Origin: the human T2T-CHM13v2.0 reference genome, Homo sapiens
Assembly: GCF_009914755.1 (NCBI RefSeq)
Contig: NC_060932.1
Length of the DNA stretch: 64,000 nt
Direction: 5' to 3' (one strand)
The position numbers and the translations under genes are program-made. Under the pieces are notes generated by a model. That model searched no databases, was not told the DNA's origin, and saw only the letters and a program-made list of their open reading frames with translations. Numbering within the stretch: position 1 is the stretch's first letter; each line of letters opens with the position of its first letter. Positions 29,765 to 44,544 of the stretch are shown one piece after another.

Positions 29765-32700
29765 CTAATAAATGCTTTAGAAATTTTTACCTGAAACTGA
29801 ATTTTAGGATTCCAGGGTATCCATTATAAATTATTCTCATACTTGTATTAGGACACTTTTTCTGGGCTGTTTATTACTGCTGAGAACAATCTTTCCATAC
29901 AAAAATCCCTTAGAACCTGAGAGCTTAAGCTCAACCGCCTGAGTGGGAGATTGGGCATATCTCCTCTCCCCTCATGTTTCTTCCAGGCTCAGACAGAAAA
30001 CAACCACGTTTCAAACTGAGAAATAGTAAATTAGTCAAAGGGACCTTATGGATCACAGAATCCAAATCATCATCTTCCACATGAAACAACTAAGGCCTAG
30101 AGAGGTTAATGGTTGATTTAGGGAGGTACAAATAGATGTGCCAGGACTGAGGTTGGAAGCAGGGTTCATGTTCATTCCAAAATAAAACATTTTTCCTGGT
30201 AGTTGACAAATGAAAAGTTATAGGCCAAGATGAGTGAAAGCACACAAACTCGCTAACTCAACTAGTCAGAAAAAGGGCTGAGCTGAATGCCAGGAAATAT
30301 TACCCTAAATGCGTTCTACAGAAGTAGTCATTTTTGAGATGCTGCAACCAAAAGAGTTATCAAATTATAAGAGAGAAATATCACTGTAAACAAACCTGTT
30401 TAACTTAGCATAATCCAACATTTTCTAAAGTTCTTTAATCGAGATTCTCAAAGATCGCTCTTTCTCTCTCTCGCTCTCCTCCCTACCCACAGCTGCTTTG
30501 CATAAAATGTATTAACATACTATATAGAATTGGCGTTCTTCCACAGTGCACACTTCAAGAAATGTTGGTAAAGGGGAAGGAACTCTGCAAGGAATAAAGA
30601 GGATTATCCTCTGGTCACGGAATTTAATTATGCTACTAATCACCTGCGAACCTTCAGCCAGTCATGTAATTCCTCTGGGTCTCCGTTTCCTAATCCCTTA
30701 AATGGTGGTGGTTAGGAGTGTGATGGTGGACAAGATAAACCCTGCAGTCCTTCCAGTTCAAAATTTCTACGATGACCTGACATTCAGCCTTCCAAGCAAG
30801 GCTAGGAGATTGTGCTAATCAGAAAAGCCAAAGGTTTGCCCTATATGGACAGCTTAGGCGAGGCACTTTTGTTTGATATACTCTTCTGTTCCAGCCTGAG
30901 GTAAGGAAAGGAAGAAGACTTTAAAACACAGGATTCTCCAGCAGATAACAGTCAGTTCCTCAGGGGCACTAGTTTGAGCCTGGCTGTTACCAAGGTAAAA
31001 CCATTTTCTTGTAAACTTATTAAGTCTGCTAAGCATTCAAATGAACCTGTTTTTTTTGTCTTTTTTTTTTTTAATCTTTTTTCTCATGAAGAAGTCAACA
31101 AAACATCCAGCCCTTTGATTAAACCTCCTCCCCAACTTCCCAATGCTGAAATAACCCATCCATGCATCGCCCAGGGGAGATGTTGCCTGGCTTCATAGGA
31201 AGCTCAGAAACAGCCTCTCCTATCAAATCACATAAATCCCTGAAACTTTCCATCTTCTTTTTACAATAATTACTAACCTTTCTTTTTTCTTTCCTTTTTC
31301 TTTCAGGATCTACTTTGTGCTACAGGCCAACAGCCCGGATAAGCATCTGGGTCCCCAGCAAGCGCTCTGTGCTTTTTTTAAAAACACGCACACATGTTCT
31401 GCCTCTTATTTCCTGAGCAGTCCCAACACCTGGAGTGGTCACAGTCCAAAAAAGTCAGGCCAGGAAATTGAGTTCTTCTTGACTCCTGGCTGGGACATTT
31501 AGCCAGGGACATTATGAATGTGTTTTGTAACTAACCCTCTACAAGAGAAGACCAGGTCCCTGCCAAGGAATTCACGAGACCCTGGAGTTCGCAAAGAGGG
31601 AAGAGAAGAGAAACCTCACTGATCCATCCGACAAGGAGCTGGACAATTTGTGATTTCATCTCAAATGTTCCCTTATCTCCTACCAAGCAAAAGAAAACTA
31701 AATATCACTCTCCCTCCTAAAGGCACACATACATAAAAGAAGAAATTTTTTAAAAGAAAGAGGAGAAGAAAAAAAACCTGGAAGCATTTTTGAAGGCAAA
31801 AGGCTGTTTATTGCTGCCAAAGTGCTGATTTTTTTTTTTCTGCCTCTGGCAACTGTATGAGAATTGGAGACTTCAGCAGAGAAGAAATCCATTCACTTGT
31901 CATCGCATAAAACCTCTGTGTTCCACAGAGGAAATGGCAAAATTTCACCCTTAACTGGATTTGTAAATTCTTACAGGGGGCTGGGAGAGGGGGTGGAGGA
32001 GAGGTCAGGCTGTTCTACATCCTGGGGCATTCGGTAACCTCACTGTGCCATGTGAGGGAACGGCTTGTCCACCACAGCAGCCTTACGTCAGCAGGAGACA
32101 AAGGTAGAGGCTGAAGAGTCAGAATGGGGCGGGCACCAGTCCCCAGCCCAGGCCACAAAAGAGCAATTCCAGCCCACGCCACTACAGAGGGTTCCATCTA
32201 AACGTATTTTAAATGACTCAAGCACTGGGGATGTTTTCTTTTCCCTGGAGTATATCTCACAGCCTTTTTAATAATGATTGTTCGAAACAATTGCTTGTTA
32301 TTAAGCTTAGCACTGCCACATTCGGTCATTGTGCTAAGCCCAGTATTCATTTCCTCTTTCCCTTTCCTGCGTGTGATTTTTCTTACTATCCATCTACTAC
32401 CTGTCCTGCTGGATTTACCCCCATTCACAGAGACAAAGTAAAAACAGCAGGAGAGAGCCAAAGGTCATCTAGTCCATCCAGCCATTCTTATCAGGTCAGC
32501 TATCCCATTCTGACCCTCTAGGTGTGATGTTTCCATCTCTTTTGTCAAATTCTCTTTGTTCTGCTGTTTTCCATTTTGATATAAAAGTCAAAGTGTGGTG
32601 ATGGCAATATTCCTAAGCATCCCTGTATCAAATTTTCCTGACTTTCAAAGTGCTGAGGTCAAGATCCAGAAAACTCGAAACCAGAGGAAATCAGGTTGCT

Positions 32701-35312
32701 AGGACGCCGGAACCGTTACGATGCTCTCAGCCTTAATTAGGTGTAAGTAACATCTTGTCAGTGTTCTGCCACATATGCTAAAGCTGCCGGGGCAATTTTA
32801 CTGAGTCTGACAGCTGAAATCAGAAACAAGAGAGTTAACATGTCAATGATGCAGCTGGACATGATGGATATATTAAGAGGAGTCTGGAAAATTCTGGACT
32901 TCATTACATCGACTCTACTTCTCAAAAGTTCCTGTCAAAAGAATCTCCGCCTCATCAGAAAAGCTCCTGTGGGATCTGATTACACCCAATTACAGGGCCT
33001 CCCACAGCCACCTGGACACAGGGGTACTTCTGCCCAAACTCATTGGAGAAGTGATTGAGGGAAGATGAGAACAAGGAAATTGCTGATTTTGGTATAATTT
33101 CTACAAATAGATCTATTGAGATTTAAAAGGTGCAATAACTTGACATTTTTGGTAAGTTAAAAACTGCTTAAAAATTGGTTTGCTGGTTGTTTCTTTTTCC
33201 ATCTTGGCCCCGGGCTATTTTCAAAATGAAAAGAATGGGATCAAGTCCTGAAAACTGAGGTGGAGTTGAAGGCAATAATAAAATTTTAAAGATGACAAAG
33301 AGGAAAGTGATAATCTCCTGAAAGTGTTAGAGGCACACTTGACTTTGGATGGCAAGTTTCTCAGAAGGAAAGAATGAGGGCAAGAAAAAGGAACTTCCTC
33401 TGCTAAGGGGCTGGCGCATTAGCAGGTTGGCCTGAACATGGCTCTTTCTTGTCCAGTCCTTGGGGTGCTGTCCTCTGGAAGGCGTCTGCAGCCAAGACCC
33501 CAAGAACTGGCACAGCGTGAACTGCCATTGACATGTCATTTTAAGGATGGGAGAATGCTTGCTACCCCAGCCAGGGAGAGAGAAGATGTAGTAACCAGGG
33601 GCAGAGCCGGTCATGCTGATATGGCATCATATTCCTGGAAGATTCCATACCTGTCTATCATTAAATAGGAGGGTTGAGCCCAGGCTAAAAATACAGTATC
33701 ATGAGTGACTTGCAAAGGGACTCACGAATAATTTTTGCCTCCCCCATTCCCTTTAAAAGTAAGAATTGTCAATCAAAAGTGTGTGTTTACATTGCTGAAC
33801 GATGAGGTTTTAAACCTCAGACTTGCTGCAAAGACTCATGTCTACGTAGTGCCGAGAGTGGAAGGCTCACAAAGGGGGAGAGTCTCCATGGATTTCAACA
33901 GAAGGGAACGCCTAGCTTTATAATGGGCCTTTCTATATCACCGTTTTGGCTAGGGGTCCATATGAATTTGTTGTGATATTAGGCAGAGGCTCTATGGCCT
34001 GGCAATGTTGACACTGCTTCAGAAGTTTAAACAAATGTTACATGAGTTTTGAAGCAATGAATAAACGTCAAAGAAATGGTTTGGAAACAACAGTGGGAAG
34101 GGGAAAGTAGTTGGACATTACCTAGTAAGGAAATCATCTTGCCTTTCTATTTTTTCCCCCCACAAGAAAAAAAGCAGAAAGATTCCACACCCTTTACTCT
34201 GTTAACAAGTAATGGATCACTTTTCTTTCTTTTCCTTTTCTCAGTAGTGTGAATGCTAATTGTTTCCCCCTCTGTCTTATGCTGGTTTGGATTGAAACCC
34301 TCTTTCCCAAATCACTCTGCAGGCAATGAATCATCAGACCTGGTGGCTAATGGCTCTTTTGTGAACCCAGCAGGTGTGTAACAGGCTTCCTCTAAGTGGC
34401 CTGTCCTGTGTCTCTTGCCTCTTAGACTCCCAAGAAAGGAGTCAGGGACACATGAGAGCTCAGAGGGTCTCAGTCCTGATCCCGTACCAAAGAATCTTTT
34501 TCCACTAAAGAAAACACGAGGCTCTGTGGCCACGAGGACCTACATTTCGTTTTCTCAGTGATTAATGCTGCAGACAAAAATTAGGTCGATTACAATCTCC
34601 AGCACTCGCCTGGTATGTCCACCCCCACATCACTTGGCCAAGTGTAATAATTTCACTCAAAACAACACGATTTTTCTTATTTTTCAAGAAATATCTGTTG
34701 AGTTCATAATGCATAATGTGGCCCATGATAGGTTCTGGGAAATATGAAAACTAATATAATAGCTAATATTGATGGGATATTTACTTTGTCCCCAGCAGTA
34801 TTCTAATTTCCTGATATAAAATAACTCACTTGATGCATAGATCAAGAAATTAGTACTATTATGATATGATCGTCTTCATTTAATAGATGAGGAAATGGAG
34901 GCGTAAATTAAAGAACTGGAAGAGCTAGGATTCATATTCATGCAGGGTGATTCCAGAGCCACAACGTTCTACAACCCTGCCTGCCAACAGCAAGACATGA
35001 TCCCAGACCTCAAGGACATCACAGTCTATTGGTTGGACATTATCTAGTCATATAATTGAGTAATTGGACATCTAAATATAAGTGAATCATACTGTGAAAC
35101 ACCAAGGCATAAAACCTCATCAGACATTTGCTGAAGCCTCATCTTAATCAAATCAGACCTGTGTTGGTCAGTCTACGAAATGCTCTGTTCCTGAAATACG
35201 CACCACCTCCTCAGAAAAGCTGACTTTGGCTGTTCCTTCTTCAGGAATTGGCAGGGTCTGGATGACATGAACTTCCACCCTGGCCACAAAGAACAAGACC
35301 AGGAAGGATACC

Positions 35313-35784
35313 TGTATTCATTTCCTAGGTTTGCCATAACAAAGTACCACAAAGTTGGTGGCTGAGAACAACAGAAATATGTTGTTCCACAGTTGTGGAG
35401 GCTAGAAGTCCAAAATCAAGGTGTTGGCAAGGCCTTGCTCCCTTATAAATCTGTAGAGCGAGGATCCCTTCTTCCAGCTTCTGGTAGCCCCAGATGTTCA
35501 TTGGTTTATGGAAGCATAATTCAGTCTCTGCCTCTATCCTTACAGGGCATTCTCCCTGTGTATCTTCCTATTGTCTTCCCTCTATGTATGTCTGTCTCTG
35601 TAACCAAATTTTTCATGTTTGTAAAGGCATTACCCATATTGGATTAGAGCCCACACTTACAACCTCATTTTAACTTGATTACCTTTGTTAAGACACTATT
35701 TCCAAATCTGGTCACATTCTGAGGCACAGGGGCATTAGAATTTCAACACATCTCTTTTGGGCAGACACAGTTCAACCCCTAACA
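35313..35784 (-). mobile_element. MLT1C-like solo LTR
   Basis: TG...CA termini; 'ggaggctagaagtccaaaatcaaggtgttggca...ctatttccaaat...ggtcacattctgagg'; 5-bp TSD atacc/atact. Confidence 0.88.
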
Positions 35785-36535
35785 ATACTCTAGCCAAATG
35801 TGAACTGAGAAACTCCACAGCCTCAGAGCTGTCCTGGCCCAAGAACTCTGCCCAATAAGAGTGTGCCATATTGACTGGTAACTGATCCACCCCATTAGAT
35901 TCTGCCTTGAGAGTTTTGGATTCTAGCTGGAGTTTAACAGACAAGTCCATGGGGGTGGTGATGTCACTGGAGCTACTTCTGATAGACTTTGAAGACACCC
36001 CCGTCACTAAAATGTCTCCAAAGCCTGAAAAGAAGAGTCAAGTACAGGTTCTCTACCAGGCCAAGGCAGCTGCTGAGGCCCGTTCCTGGGATTCCTTGCT
36101 TGTTTTTACTAAATATATCAATTAAACAAACTAGACAACAGTATTTTTTGGTCTTTTTATGCAAACGAATAACACTCCTGCCTAACCAATTCTGACTTTT
36201 TTCATCCTGTCAAAACTACACTTAAAATTCATATACTATGGAAAACCATTCAAAGTTCATCATCTTTATCTTTGGTCACTAATCATTCCAACATCTCCTT
36301 ATCACATATGTACACATATATTTCATATACATGTGTGCACAGTGTATATGATTAACAATACACACACATATGTACATACATTATAGGTATTCACACACAT
36401 ATATATGCATATGATGATATCTGCTTCCACATTCCAAACAAGATTTGTAATAATTGCATTTATGAATATATGTCTGCACAGAAATGATTATAACTTTCTT
36501 GAGATGTTCCTTTGGTATAAAAAATAATTATGATG

Positions 36536-36790
36536 ATAATAATAGTAGCTGTTATCCAGTGTTTAATACACCAGACATTTTGCTAAGGATTTTACATATA
36601 TTATCTAATTTGGTCTTCACAAGAATCTGGAGAGGTAGGAATTATTATCCCCCTTTTACAGATGGGCAAACTGAGGCTTAGAGACTTCAAGTGATCTGTC
36701 CAGCATGACATAGCTAGAGTGTAAAATATATGGGATTTGAGCCCATGTGGCCTACCGTAGAACGATGCTGTTAATCACTTCATACTGCCT
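36536..36790 (-). mobile_element. MIR SINE
   Basis: 'aggtaggaattattatcccccttttacagatgggcaaactgaggcttagaga'. Confidence 0.8.
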
Positions 36791-38035
36791 GCGACTTAAC
36801 CAATGTGTTGTCATAGACACCTACAACTAAAGAGGACTCAGCAAGTCATTAGATCCTGCAGCTCCATTTTATTTATGAGAATTCTGAGCCACCAGTAAAC
36901 TGTGGGTCCCAGTGGCTCAGTGGTTGGCAAAGCTGGAAATGAAATCTGATCATCTACCTCCAAAGCTGATGCTTTTGTACTTCAACTGTGGCCCTTCTGG
37001 GCTTGTATCCAGTAGAAATGTCTTCAAATTTTTTTCCCCATGGATGACTTCCCTCCTTTGTTTCCTGTACTGATACAGGATTTCTCCTATTTTTAGAGCA
37101 TGTTGATCATTTCAATTAGAACCAGAGAAGAGATGTCGTGCTAGAGTCTCTGTCTTTCCAGAAAGTTTGACCAAGATTTATTTAAAACTTGAAACAAAAA
37201 TTATGATGCTTCATAAAGGGTTCAGCAGGAGCTCACCTGAAAATCTAATTAAGCAGAACATGCATGCCTCAAGCATTGGTAGTAATAAAGGGTTTCCTGG
37301 GCTTTCTCTGTATTGCTATCCCCTGCTCAAATGCAGCATTCAGCTTCAAGTAGGGGCTCAGCAGATAGTTTTGACTGACAAAAGCAATTAAAAACATAAT
37401 ATAAGTTCCCAGCAAGCCTTGCTATTATTGTGAAGGTGTCTCACATATGTAAGGAAGTTTTAACAATCCTTTTGATTAGTCATTCATGTAAGTATTTGAA
37501 TAAACATTTCAAATCAAGTCAAAATAATCACAGAGGATAATAGCACTTATGGTGTTGCTTAGATAAATTGTGATCATAGTGTGTCTTTTTTTCTTCTTTT
37601 CCTTTCATTTTTTTGGAACTGAGTAAATCCATGTAACCTCCTTTGCCTACTTTTCAGTTTCAAAATGCAAAGTAACTTGATGTTTTTCCTCTTGGTAATG
37701 ATGCTCTCTAGTTGGCTCTAAGAGGAAGGCTGAATGCAACTCTTTTAACATATGTGGCTTCACAAAGAGAAGATGGAATTTCTGCAACAACCATTTTCCA
37801 AGAATTTCCTTATCACTAACAGCAAACCCATGAGAAGAGGGTAAAAGGAGAGTAGAAATGTAGGTGTGTCAGTAGAGGAGTCACCAGATGCTGCCTTTGC
37901 TCTCAATCCCAGTTATGCCTGCCTTCTCTGGAATACTTTTATTGGTAATTATCATCAATGTCCTCATACTTAGCAGATGGTCTCTTACAATTAACCCATT
38001 TGACCCCCGCCAGAAGTATTGGACACCACTGCTAA

Positions 38036-38150
38036 CCCTGCCCTCTCTAAACCCCCTTCTTTGCCCTCTCCCAGTCTTTCCTCCTTCCTCCCTGCCCTCT
38101 CTAAACCCCCTTCTTTGCCCTCTCCCAGTCTTTCCTCCTTCCTCCCTGCC
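38036..38150. repeat. Perfect 54-bp tandem duplication (polypyrimidine-rich)
   Basis: 38036-38089 is identical to 38090-38143, followed by a third 'ccctgcc'. Confidence 0.95.
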
Positions 38151-38851
38151 TGCCCCTGTCTGCCTTTTCTATCTATATTCCTTCCTCCACCATGCCTTAA
38201 GCCCTGATAAACCTCAGGCCTGCCCTCATGTGTCTATTTTTCTCATTCCATTCTCACCCTAGAAGAGGGCATCAGCGCCTAGATATTCCGCAAAAAAGGC
38301 TAACAACAAGCCCAATGTTCCTCTCACCAGTCTAAGATTCTTGCTCCCACAGGCCTTCGAAGGTGTGGACTTCCCCATTCCAGGCAGGCTTTCATGCCAC
38401 CATCATAATGGTCTTTCTGTGCTGAAAACCCGAGGCCATCAATCTACTTAAGATGAGTCAAGTGTCTCCATCACCTTAAGAAGAGAACTGAAAGTCCTTG
38501 GCATGTTATACAAGGACTTCCATACTCTAGCCTTTGCTCTTGTCCCTAGCACCTTCTCTGGTCGTCACCACACCATACCTTTACCCACCCTCCCATGTAC
38601 AGGTCTACCTGCAGCTTCTCGTCTCCATGACCTTCACGTGCTCTTCAATATGTTTGATTCATACCTCCCTTTCTAGACACACCAGCTTGCTAACTTCTAC
38701 TGATCTTTCAAGGATGCAGTACAAACAACCTCTAAGAAACCTTCTCTGACCACTCCCACCCCAGCTGAACTCAGGGGTCTCTAAGCATAGCTCTGCTTGT
38801 TCTTCTGTGCTTCCTATGAGACACCATGGCTACACATGACTAGGTACACAG

Positions 38852-39990
38852 TGTTAAATTAAGCTTAACCTAAAACTGCCTCCTTACATGTTATCAGTTT
38901 GGCCCAAAAGTTTCTCCATATGTAGTAAACTATAACCTAACTGGATGTGTAAACAGACCATAACCTACTCTTACACCAATCACTGAGTTTCAGCCAATTG
39001 AAGGCAGCCAACTGTTCAAACCATGTTTAAATAAGGGAAACACCAAGCTGTAACCTATCTGAAACTACCTTGGCAAAATGTATGACAGTGAGAGAAATCT
39101 GACATAGCTGACTTCGTCTTGCTTCTAACCTCAAAATCTGTTTATGTACATTCTTGAGCATAGGCCATGTTAACTATGGGATAAATTTAGTTAGAGTTTA
39201 ATGTTAAATCAAAGATGATAACAGTATTTTCTGAAACTAACCCCCTCCTTGTTCAGGGACCAAACCACATTTGTAAAACTAATAAGTTAGCCACAAGGTC
39301 AGAATTATTGTTCAAGAGTCATGTAGCTGGAGGTCACAAGATATGTGACCTCCCCAATTGTACCTAGAAATAACATCACTCTTATAAAACCCAAGATTGT
39401 TGTTTAAAGTATTTTTCAGACCCTTCATTCTGATAGACCGGCTGGCACCAACAAGATTACTAACCCATACCAAGAAATTGACATAAGTGGTCTTTTCATC
39501 CCCACCCAGGGAACTAACTCTGCACAACAAGACAGCTTCAACCCCCTATGATTCCATCCCCAACCCAACAGTCAACATTCTCCATTCCCCACTCCCCTGC
39601 CAACCAAATTATCCTTGAAAAACCCTACCCTTTGAATTCTTGGGAGAGAGATTTGAGAATTATCTACCTTCCTTCCACTTGGCTGACCCTCCAATTACTA
39701 AGTGCTTTCTTTGCTGCAAAACATGCTGTTCTCAGTGCATTGGCTTTTCTGGGAAGTAGGCAAGAATAAGCAGGTTGGTCAATTGCAAATCCAGCTGTTT
39801 TGTACCTCACTTCTGCTTTCTGTGTGTCATTTTCCTTTTTCTGTCCATAAATAATCTTCAACCACAGAGCAGCACCAGAATCTCTTGGAACCTATCCTGG
39901 TTTGGGAGGCTGCCTGACTTACGAATCATTCTTTGCTCAATTAAGCTCTGTTTAGACAACTTCAATTTGTCTAAAGTTTTCCTCTTAATA
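38852..39990 (+). mobile_element. MER57-like ERV1 solo LTR, split by an LTR8 insertion
   Basis: 5' 'tgttaaattaagcttaacctaaaactgcctccttacat...'; resumes 'aatccagctgttttgtacctcacttc...ttgctcaattaagctctg'; flanks acag/acat. Confidence 0.85.
39060..39787 (+). mobile_element. LTR8A-like solo LTR nested in MER57
   Basis: Starts 'tgaaactaccttggcaaaatgtatgacagtgagagaaatctgacatagctgac'; ends 'ggtcaattgca'; 4-bp TSD tatc/aatc. Confidence 0.85.
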
Positions 39991-40082
39991 ACATTTTACT
40001 TATTTCTGTGCCTCCCCCTACTGTGCCACCAACACACACTTGCCACAGGAAATATTCCACAGCAGATATTTATAAGTATTGG

Positions 40083-40439
40083 TGCATTAGTCCATTCTCA
40101 TGCTGCTATGAATAAATACCCCAAACTGGGTATTTCTGAAGAAAAGAAGTTTAATTGACTCACAGTTCCACATGGCTGGGGAGGCCTCAGGAAACTTACA
40201 ATCATGGTGGAAGGCACCTCTTCCCAGGGTGGTGGGAGAAAGAATGAGTGCAAGCAGGGGAAATGCCAGATGCTTATAAAACCATCAGATCTTGTGAGAC
40301 TCATTCACTATCACAAGAACAGCATGGGGGAAACCACCCCCATGATTTAATTACCTCCATCTGGTCTTGCCTTTGACACATGGGGATTATTACAATTCAA
40401 GGTGAGATTCTGGTGGGAATACAGAGCCACACCACATCA
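40083..40439 (-). mobile_element. THE1C/D-like solo LTR
   Basis: 'tttaattgactcacagttccacatggctggggaggcctcaggaaacttacaatcatgg'; TSD attgg/actgg. Confidence 0.9.
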
Positions 40440-41290
40440 ACTGGATAAATAAATGATGGTCATAGTCACACCATAAATTGTGAAGTAGGAATTCAAATGC
40501 AAGTAAGTCCAAATTCATGATTTTTTTTCATTACAATATATGGATCCCAACAAAAATGGGGATGCCATGTCCACCAAGAGAGTGACTTTGGCAGATAGTT
40601 CCATAAATAATAACAAGAGACTCCGTTTTCTACTGTTAACTTTATTGATATTTTCTGTGCATAATTATAACAATGCAATCCTATTGGTCTACCCACAAAT
40701 AACAGATACTTTCAACATACAAACAAAATGTTTAAAATAACTTATTTTCCCTCTGTGTGCCACTGGTTAGAACCAGTATAGTATAAAATCCCTTTTGAGA
40801 GAATTTCCCCCTGCATTCTTCATCCCAATGGGTTTGTGAAGGTTGAGACATGTTGAAGTAAGTGTGACTGTGGACTCGGGCAAATGGTTCTAAGACTTCC
40901 TTCTACCTACTTCCTCATTTTATTTCCATTTCTCTGGTAAAAGATGTTGAAAGTTCAAAGAACTCCAGTGTTGGTAAGATGAGGAAGAAATAGTCCAGAC
41001 TAGAAAGCTGTTTTAGGCACAAGCATCTTAAATCACCCAGGCTAGGGAAGTTCACGAGATTTCAGACTGAAAACTCCACAGCTTCCTTTGGAAGAACTTC
41101 ACAGTGTTCCATCTACAAAGAAGTGCCATCCCTACTTAGGGATCAAGAGGTTTCCATAGAGGATGTGCTTTGTTCTCCAAGAAGCATCTTCAGAAGGCAG
41201 TCATGGGTGGTCCAACTGCTTTATATGCTTGCTGAGAACCATCGTGTTTTCCAGTCAACTGACTCTCAGGTTAAATGGGGAAAATGGTGA

Positions 41291-41579
<289 letters not shown>

Positions 41580-42414
41580 GAAAATGGTGATTTTTAAGCT
41601 AAACTACTTTTCTTGGAAGTTGCTTCTGAATTTTTAGGGCCATAGGAAATAAAAGCACAAACACTGAATGTTATGACAAATCAGTGGAATTAAGTAAGCA
41701 TTGTTGATTTCTCATGTTTAAATGCTAGTCAAGAATAGGTCGGTATAATATTTATAAATTTTGAATCCCAGAATACTTCCCTTCTAGATGAATGGCTTTT
41801 CTTTACCTGCTTTTGGGTAGATGTATCGTATCTTATTTAAGCCCAAGTTACATCTTTTTTAGCGAAGGACAAAACATTTTGGAGTGACCTACCAGCCACA
41901 TGCTCTGGTTCTCATTTGCAGCATCAACAAGTACCAAAATAATAACAGGTGTAATTGAAAGTGTTTTGGCGCCATTTCTCTCATCTTCTTCTCTCTCCTT
42001 TTTCTCTCTCTTTTCCTCTTTCCTACTACCCAACAAGCCAGGATAATATCATATTAAAGAAAAAAGATACAGATGACTAGGAAATACTTTATATGAACTA
42101 AGAAATAAAGATATGTTTTGAGTTTGGAATTAGAATCAAACATGAAGGAAAAATGAAAAAAATATGTACTTGGTGCTTACAATATACCAGAACCTTTAAT
42201 AAGAATTTTGTTTACATATTCTTATTTAATCTTCAAATTAACCCTGTGGGGTAGGTGATATTTTTCTACAGATAGGAAAAATGAAGCTAACATGATTATT
42301 GCCTAATATTATACAGTTAGCAAAAGGGAAAAACCTAGATTTTTAACCCAGCTCCAATGTCCAAAGTCTAAACAACTACATCTTTCTCCCTCTTGAGATA
42401 AAAATCATGTTTTA

Positions 42415-42720
<306 letters not shown>

Positions 42721-43320
42721 TTAATAGCAATTATCAAAAAATAAATGTTTTGATAAATATGGTTAACTTGGAGGAAAGCCCTAACATATAAGACTGGAGA
42801 TTTATCTACAGGACAGTCAGGATTCAAGGGGACTTTCCAGAGCTATGTTTATTCAGAACTAAAGTACTAACTGAACTTTGAGTTACTCCTTTATAAATTG
42901 TGACACACCTGCCTGGAGTTCACTCCATCTATCCTTGGGCTAGGCATCCAGGAAGGTAGGAACCAAGAATAGAGGATAAACTTTTGCAGGTTAACCCTTC
43001 CTTTTTAATATCGTTTTCTAAACAAGTGGGATGGCCAATGACAGCCACTTACCAGCAACCTAATAGGATTCAGAATTGTAATGGGTACCAGTTCATACTA
43101 GCAGTAAAATCAGCTGAAGGAAAAAACTAATCATTGTGTGATACAAATAGGCTAGGCAGTTAACCCAAGCATTAGCAGGCTCCTTCCAGACAGCAGAGGG
43201 CACTGAATAGCAAGAGGAGAAGCCAGAGGAGGGAAACTGCATTCACAGGCTGCACTCAGTAGTTCTGACATTCGCGACTGCTGTTCTAGTTATGTATATT
43301 GCCCTTAAAAAGAAGGAATA

Positions 43321-43585
<265 letters not shown>

Positions 43586-44237
43586 AAAAAGAAGGAATAT
43601 CACAAAGTTTAATTCTCAATATCCCCTACACAACACAGAACACTTGAAATATGAAACAAAAAAAAATATTAAGGTTTGACATAATTAAATACACAGCCAC
43701 TTGTTCTGAGCAATACATTTTATTCCCTGTGAGAACCACTGTTTAAAAATGAGAGAGAGAAAAATTCTGAAGACACTTTTATGGCCCAGTTATTTGCACA
43801 GCCAACCACCCTCAGTCCAATCCCGAAATTTTATCGTGGATCTGTTTACTGTGTAGGAAAAAAAAGAAGATAGCACCTGTGCTAAAAATTAGAAGGTAGG
43901 AACGGTTGATAAGAAAGAAAATTGCATCATAGTTTTTTAGGCTGTTCTATTAAATTTTTCAGGCAAAAAAATTGCTCTGAGACTGGCTATGATTCAGTTC
44001 AGCTATTTCCTGATACACTTCTGGGTTTAGTTTATGTAATAACATTCCATTTCCATGGCATGTCTTTTGTTTAAGGACCTCAGAGCACTTTAAAATGCAT
44101 CATGTCCTTCATCCTCCCAACATCCCCGTGAAGTGGGTTGTAGGCAGCAGGTGGTTTCATCTGTCTTTCACAGATGAGACCCTCAAGGCCCCAGCTCAAG
44201 GCCTCTGCCACTGGCCTGCCCAGCCTCTCATTTCTTT

Positions 44238-44544
44238 TCTTTTTTTTTTTTTCGAGATAGAGTCTTGCTCTGTCACCCAGGCTGGAGCATGGAGGGCAGT
44301 GGCAGCACAATCTCGGCTCACTGCAAGTTCCGCCTCCCAGGTTCACGCCATTAGCCTGCCTCAGCTTCCCAAGTAGTTGGGACTACAGGCACCCACCACC
44401 GTGCCTGGCTAATTTTTTGTATTTTCAGTAGAGATGGGGTTTCACCATGTTAGCCAGGATGGTCTCGATCTCCTGACCTTGTGATCCACCCGCCTCAGCC
44501 TCCCAAAGTACCGGGATTACAGGCGTGAGCCACGGGGCCAGGCC
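44238..44544 (-). mobile_element. AluY
   Basis: AluY diagnostics 'ctgcaagttccgcc', 'ttcacgccatt', 'gttagccaggatggtctcgatctcctgacc'. Confidence 0.9.

Noticed and set aside
31976-31999. G-quadruplex motif (also 52815-52830)
   Set aside because: Only three runs of three or more G; not a canonical G4.
34219-34247. Additional polypyrimidine-CAG/TAG acceptor
   Set aside because: No clear branch point or strong partner donor; such tracts are frequent by chance.
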